DNA of 37,200 nt from an uncultured Bacillales bacterium (GTDB taxonomy: Bacteria > Bacillota_I > Bacilli_A > RFN20 > CAG-826), in NCBI GenBank assembly GCA_946404585.1, contig CAMJEC010000002.1, positions 1 to 37,200 of the forward strand, in the 5' to 3' direction. The notes under the pieces are model-generated. The model saw only the letters and a program-made list of their open reading frames with translations. It had not been told where the DNA came from and searched no databases. Numbering within the stretch: the first letter of the stretch is position 1; every line of letters starts with the position of its first letter. The position numbers and the translations under genes were made by a program. Below, in pieces: positions 18,868-26,165 of this stretch.

Positions 18868-21800
18868 ATGAAAATGAATAAAAAAACAATTGCAATAACA
18901 TCTTTATTTACTGTTTTTGCTTTAGGTGTTGGCTTAATTATTAATGCCAGTGTTCCACATGCTGAAGTTGACGCGAGCAATTATTCAGTTAGATCTGTTC
19001 CAACAACTATAAATTTAAATGATGCCAGTGAATCCACAATTAGGGGTTATTATGCTTCTTTGAACAATCTTTCAGAAAATGAGAGAAAAGGCACTAATTT
19101 ATTGAAGAATTTAAAACCAATTCTTAAGAATGGCCAAAAGTATCTTTCATATGGAGGCAGCGCTACAACAGCTGTTTGGCAAGCATATGAAATCGTTGAT
19201 AGAGACTGGAATAAGTCTCCTGCATCTTCTATAAGTGGATATAATGCTCAAACAAATACAATTACTGGCTATGTCTACGGAAAAAGTAATTCTAATGTGG
19301 GTAGCAATCCATATATTCATGCTTTATATGTAAATCGAAACGTCGAAAATCAACAAAGAGCATGGGGAAACCACAATCAAGTTCAATGGGGAATTAACCA
19401 AGAACACCTTTGGGCTAAATCATGCGGCTTCCAAGACGAGTCTCCAGCAGCTGGTGCTAGAGGCGATTTAATGCATCTTTGGGCGGGAAATGGCAGAGTT
19501 AATGGCGATACTCATAGCAATTATTATTATGGATATGTTGACACAACAAAAACTTATAACAATGCTGGAAGTTACGCTTCAACATTATCAGGAAATTTGC
19601 GTGGTTACTCTAAAACACTTGGTGGATCAGTAACAGTATTTGAACCACAAGATTCTGATAAAGGCGATATTGCTAGAGCTATTTTCTATATGGCCGCTAG
19701 ATATAACTATTTATCTGGTAGCGATTCAGATGGAATTGATGCTGGCAACCCAAACCTTGAAATCGTTAACGATGTAACTTCTTGGCAAAATAATGGTTAT
19801 CAATCAACAACAACTAGAACTGGTAAGATGGGTATCATCCAAGATTTGCTTAAATGGAATGAAATTGATCCACCAGATGAATTCGAAATTCACAGAAACA
19901 ATCTTTGCTACAACAATTTTACTAAAAATAGAAACCCATTTATTGATTATCCAAGTTGGGCTAATGCTATTTGGGGAACAGTAGATGCAAATGGCAATTA
20001 CAACTCAACACCTGCTACTTTTGCCACTCCATCAACTGATGCAATTGGATCATCCACAGTTAATCCTGTGTTTAGTATCTCTAATACACAATTGAATTTA
20101 GAAGTTGGTGAAACTGCTACTCTTTCTGCCACAAACGCAGATGGTAACATTACTTGGTCAGTAGACAATAGTGCTATTGCAAGTTTAGATAAAACAACAA
20201 CCGTAAATAACGGAAATGTTACTATCACTGCATTAAGTGCTGGCTCTACAACAATTACCGCTACTAATGGTAATCAAAGTTTAACTTGTAATTTAACTGT
20301 TTCCGAACAGACAATGGAAATTTCTTTAGATAGAAGTACCGCTAGTATTGAAGTTGGTCAAACCATAACTTTAGTAGCAACCACAACTCCAAACAATGCA
20401 CAAGTTACATGGCTATCTAGTGATGAAGACGTGGCCATAGTATCAAATGGTGTTATAACTGGTTTATCTGCTGGTACTACTGTTATTACCGCTAAATTGT
20501 CAGACAGCGTGAAGGCTCAATGCACTGTTACCGTGACAAGTAATGGTGGAAGTGGCGAACAATCATCTATAGAAATCGCTACAAGTATTTCAGCTGGTGA
20601 TACAGTCTACTTAACAGCCAATTCTGCTGATATGCAATTTAATGGCATTTCTTCAACAAGCACTAAGTATGGTTTAGGTGTTTCGTTTGAAGATGAACCA
20701 GATACAGACACATATGCTCTTGAAGTTGCTACTGGCGCAAACAATGGAACGTATGCTTTCAAAATCAAAGAAGGAAATAATGCTAATAAATATCTCTCTT
20801 GGACATCAGGAAATAGTTTAACAACCGGCAACAGTATAGATACTAATAGTTCTTGGTATGTTGATTTTGATAATGCTGGGAATGTAACTATTAAAAACTC
20901 CGCAGATCAAACTAGAGTAATTTGGTGGAATGTTAGTGATCCAAGGTTTGCTTGCTATACCGGCAAGAGCAATGGTAGTAGCTACTATTTTACTCAATTA
21001 TGGAAAGTCGCTGCTCCAATCGAAGAAGAATATGTTGAAGACTATCTTGATTCGGTTGAATCACTCATGGCTATTGGTGGAAATGAAACATCTACTGGTT
21101 CAACACAAAACGGACCAAAAACAATCGATTTCTCCACTCTTGGATTAACCAGTGGTGCCCAATACACCGAACCATTCGATGGTGATGGTTTCACTGTTAC
21201 ATTCGCTGGTGGTGGCAACGATGGAAAGTATTATGATACTGGCACTGGCATAAGAACCTACGGCGATGGAACAATCACAATTCATTCTGAGGAAACGATA
21301 ACAGGAATCACAATGACTTGGAGTGGAACCAACAAGCCTGAAAATGGTAATGTAGTCGATGTTGGTACATATGACGCATCTACAGGTGTATGGACGGGTT
21401 CTGAGAACACCATTGTCTTCACAAGACCTAGTGGAAGCGGGCACTGGAGATTGCAAGCAGTTACTGTGACATTTGATAATTCTCAAGTACCAACTGTGAC
21501 AGTAGATCATGCATATATGGAATTTGGTATTACTATTCCAGTTTCCGATTGGGATGCCATCAACGCCAATGAAGATTGGGAAATTGCCGATTATGGTGTA
21601 ATGTTTGTTAAGAAAACAACATTAGAAGATACATATCATGCATCATCTGTTGAGGAAGCATATTACAATGGTGATTATCTTAAAGATGTTCATAAAGGTA
21701 ATGGTGAAAATCCATATAGTATTCTCGACATGTATATATTCACCGCGAAATTAAGTATTAATAACGAATCAAATTATGATGTTGTTTATTGTGCTGCTTC

Positions 21801-21945
21801 GTATATAGTAGTAAATGATACTTATTACTTCTTAAAGGAAGAAAGAGAATCAATCCGTTCTTTAGCCGCTCAATCTATTGGTCAAGGAACATCTGAATTA
21901 TCTGATGATGCATTAACCATCTTAAAAGGCAATTATGGAGGATAA
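18868..21945 (+). CDS. Large secreted endonuclease I-family nuclease fused to two Big_2 domains and a shared C-terminal region
   Basis: Signal peptide. Endonuclease_1 motifs NQEHLWAKS, DLMHLWAGNGRVNGDTHSN, EPQDSDKGDIARAIFYMAARY, NRNPFIDYPSWANAIWG. Two Big_2 repeats (LEVGETATLSA...ITALSAGSTTITA; IEVGQTITLVA...ITGLSAGTTVITA). The C-terminus is homologous to 15878..18562. There is no obvious SD, so the start (18868 or 18874) is uncertain. Confidence 0.85.
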   Translation: MKMNKKTIAITSLFTVFALGVGLIINASVPHAEVDASNYSVRSVPTTINLNDASESTIRGYYASLNNLSENERKGTNLLKNLKPILKNGQKYLSYGGSATTAVWQAYEIVDRDWNKSPASSISGYNAQTNTITGYVYGKSNSNVGSNPYIHALYVNRNVENQQRAWGNHNQVQWGINQEHLWAKSCGFQDESPAAGARGDLMHLWAGNGRVNGDTHSNYYYGYVDTTKTYNNAGSYASTLSGNLRGYSKTLGGSVTVFEPQDSDKGDIARAIFYMAARYNYLSGSDSDGIDAGNPNLEIVNDVTSWQNNGYQSTTTRTGKMGIIQDLLKWNEIDPPDEFEIHRNNLCYNNFTKNRNPFIDYPSWANAIWGTVDANGNYNSTPATFATPSTDAIGSSTVNPVFSISNTQLNLEVGETATLSATNADGNITWSVDNSAIASLDKTTTVNNGNVTITALSAGSTTITATNGNQSLTCNLTVSEQTMEISLDRSTASIEVGQTITLVATTTPNNAQVTWLSSDEDVAIVSNGVITGLSAGTTVITAKLSDSVKAQCTVTVTSNGGSGEQSSIEIATSISAGDTVYLTANSADMQFNGISSTSTKYGLGVSFEDEPDTDTYALEVATGANNGTYAFKIKEGNNANKYLSWTSGNSLTTGNSIDTNSSWYVDFDNAGNVTIKNSADQTRVIWWNVSDPRFACYTGKSNGSSYYFTQLWKVAAPIEEEYVEDYLDSVESLMAIGGNETSTGSTQNGPKTIDFSTLGLTSGAQYTEPFDGDGFTVTFAGGGNDGKYYDTGTGIRTYGDGTITIHSEETITGITMTWSGTNKPENGNVVDVGTYDASTGVWTGSENTIVFTRPSGSGHWRLQAVTVTFDNSQVPTVTVDHAYMEFGITIPVSDWDAINANEDWEIADYGVMFVKKTTLEDTYHASSVEEAYYNGDYLKDVHKGNGENPYSILDMYIFTAKLSINNESNYDVVYCAASYIVVNDTYYFLKEERESIRSLAAQSIGQGTSELSDDALTILKGNYGG

Positions 21946-21950
21946 CAATC

Positions 21951-22076
21951 ATGGATGAAAAAAGATTTATAAAACCAGAAGCTGACGTGGTTGCATTCAC
22001 ATTTGAAGATATCATCACAGCAAGCGGCGATAATCCTTGGGTTATTGGTGGTGCTACTGATGAAGAAACCCCATAA
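21951..22076 (+). CDS. Unannotated 41-aa ORF, leader-like N-terminus (candidate RiPP precursor)
   Basis: Not in the ORF track. GGAGG (21937..21941) lies 9 nt before the ATG. Product MDEKRFIKPEADVVAFTFEDIITASGDNPWVIGGATDEETP, stop at 22074..22076, terminator follows. It lies 72 nt upstream of the kinase/PqqD operon. Confidence 0.6.
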   Translation: MDEKRFIKPEADVVAFTFEDIITASGDNPWVIGGATDEETP

Positions 22077-22095
22077 GAATGATTAAATAACAAAG

Positions 22096-22118
22096 ACGGA
22101 GTCAACTACTCCGTTTTT
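22096..22118 (+). terminator. Rho-independent terminator
   Basis: ACGGAGT (22096..22102) / ACTCCGT (22108..22114), 5-nt loop, TTTTT tail. Confidence 0.8.
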
Positions 22119-22148
22119 ATTTATAAAAAATACAAGTATAATAAGCAC

Positions 22149-22865
22149 ATGGTTAACTTTAAAATCGAAATTGCTGATATTGTCGTCGAGATTAATGCTT
22201 TTAATGAATCTACTTTAAAGTACTGTAGTGATTTTCTATCTGATAAAGAATCTAACTATGTCATTACTATGACTAAAGAAGATTTAGAAAACGAAAAGCA
22301 CATTAATGAAGACGGTAAAGTATACGCGAATGAAGAGATATCAGCGTTATATCGTAAGATCGCAGATATATTCGTAGAGGAAGATATCTTAGTGGTGCAT
22401 GGTTCATCCTTTAAAGTGGATACCTCCGCTTTTATTGTGACCGCGAGAAGTGGCGTGGGTAAATCCACTCATGTTAATTTATTAAAAGAGTATCTTAAAG
22501 ATAGATTTACTTATATTAATGACGATAAACCTTTATTAAAGATTAAAGGTGATAAGTTAACTCTCTATTCTTCTCCGTGGAACGGAAAAGAAAGAAGAGG
22601 TAATAATATAAATGCACCTTTAAGAAGTATTATCTTCCTTAATAGGGGCATCACTAATACATATAAGAAACTTGATAATAAAGAAGTCTATTTTAGATTA
22701 TTAAGTCAAATATATTTACCAAGAGATAAAACTAAAAGAGAAAAAGCCTTAAAGTTAATTGATATATTATTAAAGAGTGTTTCTTTCTATGAAATAAATG
22801 TTAATACTGATATATCAAGCGCAGAGATGACTAGTGAAAGGATTATTAATTATGAAATTAAATGA
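22149..22865 (+). CDS. HPr-kinase-like P-loop protein (RiPP-associated HprK-type kinase candidate)
   Basis: VVHGSSFKVDTSAFIVTARSGVGKSTH matches the HprK C-terminal-domain pattern (H-x-S/A ... G-x-SG-x-GKS). TATAAT (22137..22142) lies 6 nt before the ATG and there is no SD. Confidence 0.55.
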   Translation: MVNFKIEIADIVVEINAFNESTLKYCSDFLSDKESNYVITMTKEDLENEKHINEDGKVYANEEISALYRKIADIFVEEDILVVHGSSFKVDTSAFIVTARSGVGKSTHVNLLKEYLKDRFTYINDDKPLLKIKGDKLTLYSSPWNGKERRGNNINAPLRSIIFLNRGITNTYKKLDNKEVYFRLLSQIYLPRDKTKREKALKLIDILLKSVSFYEINVNTDISSAEMTSERIINYEIK

Positions 22866-23124
22866 GAACTTTTTAATCCATCAATCTGATAATGGTGAAA
22901 TCCTTATCCCAGTAGGGGATGAGACTAAAAGATTCCATGGTGTTGTTAAACTTAATGATACTGGTAGTGAAATTGTTCACTTATTAGAAAATAATGACTT
23001 ATCGCTAGAAGATGTTCTTAATCACTTTTATCAAGAATGCCCTAATGATGATAAAGAAGTAATTAAAAAGGGAGTAAGTGAGTTTATTAATAAGCTCGTC
23101 GAGATCAATGCCATCATCTTATAA
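22852..23124 (+). CDS. PqqD-family protein (RiPP recognition element, RRE)
   Basis: 90 aa. The pattern ...LIPVGDETKRFHGVVKLNDTGSEIVHLLENNDLSLEDVLNHFYQECPNDDKEVIKKGVSEFINKLVEINAI fits the PqqD winged-helix layout. ATG 22852 is preferred (AAAGGA upstream) over GTG 22834. It overlaps the kinase gene by 14 nt. Confidence 0.7.
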   Translation: MKLNENFLIHQSDNGEILIPVGDETKRFHGVVKLNDTGSEIVHLLENNDLSLEDVLNHFYQECPNDDKEVIKKGVSEFINKLVEINAIIL

Positions 23125-23539
23125 ATTTGAAGATGTATTAAATAAAGACGGAGAACTAATATTCACTAATGTTGGTTACTCTATGTATCCTCTAATAAGA
23201 CAAAGAGAGGATGTTTTAAGAATAGTTAAATCTGATAACTATAAGAAAGGTGATATTGTCTTATATAAATCTGAAATAGACCATTATGTTTTGCATAGAA
23301 TTCTTAAAATTAAGAAAGATAAAGTGATACTCGCAGGAGATTATAACTACTTTAAAGATAAACCTATCGCAAAAGATATGATTTTAGGCGTTTTAAGGAC
23401 TATTACTAAGAAGGACGGTAAAATAATCGACCTATCTAAAGATAAGAAGGCTAGAAGGTTCTTTTACACTAATTTCTTTTATATCAAAGCATTCTTCCAA
23501 ATAATTGGTAAGATATTACATATCAGGAAAGTAAAATAA
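23108..23539 (+). CDS. S24/S26-family serine peptidase (signal-peptidase/LexA-like fold)
   Basis: GYSMYP (nucleophile Ser), KKGDIVLY, HRILKIKK (candidate general-base Lys), ILAGDYN. ATG 23108 overlaps the PqqD gene by 17 nt; 23078 is an alternative start. Confidence 0.65.
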   Translation: MPSSYKFEDVLNKDGELIFTNVGYSMYPLIRQREDVLRIVKSDNYKKGDIVLYKSEIDHYVLHRILKIKKDKVILAGDYNYFKDKPIAKDMILGVLRTITKKDGKIIDLSKDKKARRFFYTNFFYIKAFFQIIGKILHIRKVK

Positions 23540-23611
23540 TATAACATCGGCAAAAAACAAAAAACTTTATATAACTATTGTAAATATTGCCGAATATAGT
23601 ATTATTAATAT

Positions 23612-24514
23612 ATGAATAAATTCATATCCATTAAAGAAGCATCAATCAAGTGGAACATTTCGGAAAGAAGTGTTCGTAATTACTGCGCTCATGGAAGAGT
23701 TCCTGGTGCTGTTTTTAATAATGGTCGTTGGCTCATACCAGAAGAGGCTAAAAAACCATTAAGACTTAATGAGAAGAATAATAAGAATCATCTTTTGGAA
23801 AGACTAAGAGAAGAAAAGAAACATCAAATCAGTGGAGGAATATATCACAAGCTTCAAATTGATTTAACTTATAATTCAAACCACATTGAAGGCAGTGAAC
23901 TAACTCACGATCAAACCAGGTATATTTTTGAAACAAGAACCATTGGTTTAGAAAATAAAAACTCATCAGTAAGAGTGGATGATGTTGTTGAGACGATTAA
24001 TCATTTTTCTGCGATTGATAGGGTGATTGATTTTGCTAACTATGAACTTAGTGAGCCGTTTATCAAAGAACTCCATAAAATATTAAAAACAGGAACATCT
24101 GATTCCAGACTTCCATGGTTTGCCGTTGGTGAATATAAAAAAAGAGCAAATGAAGTGGGTGATATGGCCACTACATCTCCACAACTTGTTGGAAATGAAA
24201 TGAAAAAGCTTATTAGTGATTATAATCAAAAAGAGAACCATTCTTTTGAAGAGATAGTGGAATTTCATGTCAAATTTGAAAGAATTCATCCATTCCAAGA
24301 CGGTAATGGTAGAGTGGGTCGTTTGATTATTCTTAAAGAGTGTTTGAAAAACAACATTGTTCCTTTTGTCATCCTTGATAGCAAAAAGATGTTTTATTAT
24401 CGTGGGCTTAAAAACTGGGATCAGCAACGTGGTTGGCTATTAGATACTTGTTTAGATGGGCAAGATACAGTAAAAGCGTACCTAGATTATTTTGGAATAG
24501 TGTATCGTAATTAA
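23612..24514 (+). CDS. Fic-domain protein with N-terminal HTH (putative AMPylase / nucleotidyl- or phosphoryl-transferase)
   Basis: Intact Fic motif HPFQDGNGRVGR. N-terminal excisionase/MerR-like HTH (ISIKEASIKWNISERSVRNYCAHGRVPGA). Confidence 0.85.
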   Translation: MNKFISIKEASIKWNISERSVRNYCAHGRVPGAVFNNGRWLIPEEAKKPLRLNEKNNKNHLLERLREEKKHQISGGIYHKLQIDLTYNSNHIEGSELTHDQTRYIFETRTIGLENKNSSVRVDDVVETINHFSAIDRVIDFANYELSEPFIKELHKILKTGTSDSRLPWFAVGEYKKRANEVGDMATTSPQLVGNEMKKLISDYNQKENHSFEEIVEFHVKFERIHPFQDGNGRVGRLIILKECLKNNIVPFVILDSKKMFYYRGLKNWDQQRGWLLDTCLDGQDTVKAYLDYFGIVYRN

Positions 24515-24524
24515 GGAAGCAAAG

Positions 24525-26165
24525 ATGAGAAACAAAGAAACACTAAAGTTTATTACTAATAATATTAAAGGCAGTAAGAAGAAAGTTCTTATTCTTTCAA
24601 TAGTCCAAACCTTATTAGGTGTTTTAACAGTGGCCTTCTCTTTTATGCTTAAGCCTGTGATAACCGCTCTTGAAGATAAGAACAATGATTTATTAATTAG
24701 AAATGTCATTATTCTTGCTTCTATCGCGGTTGTTCTTATCATCTTACAAATCTTTTATCGCTTATATTACGAAGTCAGTTATATCGATATTGAAAATAGA
24801 CTTAAAAATAACTTATTTAAAACAATCTTAAATAAAGATTATCAAGAAATTAAGAATACCCATGATGAAGAATGGATTCATAGATTAACTAGTGATACCG
24901 CAGTGGTGGCTAATTCTATCCTATCCATCTTACCTTCATTATGCAGAATGGTGGTGCAATTGGTCTTAGCGCTCGCCGCTATCATTGTTTTATTCCCAGT
25001 CTTTGGTTTATCCTTATTACCATTTATCTTATTAGTTATTTTAATCACTTATTTTATGAGGAAACGCTTGAAAGCGTATCATCATTTAACGCAAGAAAAA
25101 GATGGCAGGGCTAAAGTGTTCTTATCTGAATCTCTTCAAGGTTTAGCGATTGTCCATTCATTCGTAAAGGAAGATGTCTTTACTAAGAAGAATGAACAAA
25201 ACTTAGAAGAATATAAGAAAGCGAGATTAAAAAGAAATACATTTAATGTTCTTTGTTCTGTCGGCTTTATCGTGGTCTATTATGCTTTCTATATTCTCGC
25301 GATTATTTTCTGTGGGCAAAAGATTATTAACGGTGATATGACTATTGGTTTCTTAAGTGCGATCGTCGCGTTACTATCTCAATTAACAGGTCCATTAGGT
25401 AATATTACTTCTATTATTCCTAAGTACTACTCCTTATTAGCGAGTGGTGAACGTTTAAGAATGGAAAATAATGTAGACTTCACTTATTTATCTAAGGATG
25501 AAATTAATAACTTCTATAATAATGAATTCAAATCATTATCCATTAATAACGTTTCTTATTCATATCTAGATAAATATGGTAATAAGGTAGAAGCCTTAAA
25601 GAACTTTAATTTAAAGATTAATAAAAATGAGAAGATCTTAATCAAAGGTCATTCTGGTGGTGGTAAGTCCACTTTATTTAAGTTAATGCTTTCTTTATTA
25701 ACTCCTGAAAGTGGTGAACTATTAATTAATGAAGAACCACTTAATAAAAGATATGAGAAACTATTTGCCTATGTTCCTCAAGATAACTTATTAATGGAAG
25801 GCACAATTAAGGAAGTAATTACTTTATTTAGCGATAATCCTAATAATGAATTATTTAATAAAGCACTAGATATTAGTGAATCATCATCTTTTGTTAATGC
25901 TTTAGCGAATAAAGGTGATACATATCTCAATGAAAAAGGTAGTGGCCTCTCCTTAGGGGAAATGGAAAGAATCGCAATCGCTAGAGCCATCTATAGTGAT
26001 TCTCCAATACTTCTTTTAGATGAATGCAGTGCTTCTTTAGACTCTGATACTGAAGCTAAAGTGATGTCTAATATCTTAAATATGCAAAATAAGACAATTA
26101 TCTTAATCTCACATCATAAATATGATGAGATACTATTTGATAAAGTCATCGATTTAGGTGAATAA
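24525..26165 (+). CDS. ABC exporter, fused TMD-NBD half-transporter
   Basis: Six predicted TM helices. Walker A GHSGGGKST, signature LSLGE, Walker B ILLLDE. No N-terminal C39 peptidase domain. AAGGAAG SD. Confidence 0.9.
   Translation: MRNKETLKFITNNIKGSKKKVLILSIVQTLLGVLTVAFSFMLKPVITALEDKNNDLLIRNVIILASIAVVLIILQIFYRLYYEVSYIDIENRLKNNLFKTILNKDYQEIKNTHDEEWIHRLTSDTAVVANSILSILPSLCRMVVQLVLALAAIIVLFPVFGLSLLPFILLVILITYFMRKRLKAYHHLTQEKDGRAKVFLSESLQGLAIVHSFVKEDVFTKKNEQNLEEYKKARLKRNTFNVLCSVGFIVVYYAFYILAIIFCGQKIINGDMTIGFLSAIVALLSQLTGPLGNITSIIPKYYSLLASGERLRMENNVDFTYLSKDEINNFYNNEFKSLSINNVSYSYLDKYGNKVEALKNFNLKINKNEKILIKGHSGGGKSTLFKLMLSLLTPESGELLINEEPLNKRYEKLFAYVPQDNLLMEGTIKEVITLFSDNPNNELFNKALDISESSSFVNALANKGDTYLNEKGSGLSLGEMERIAIARAIYSDSPILLLDECSASLDSDTEAKVMSNILNMQNKTIILISHHKYDEILFDKVIDLGE

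Noticed and set aside
21145-21510. Antisense and alternative-frame ORFs in the track (e.g. 1349..1531-, 4217..4579-, 7484..7897-, 9212..9463+, 9961..10326-, 16755..16997+, 21145..21510-, 24083..24427-, 28597..28935-, 29590..29937-)
   Set aside because: All are embedded in longer ORFs that carry recognisable domains. They have low-complexity or implausible composition and no SD or independent support.
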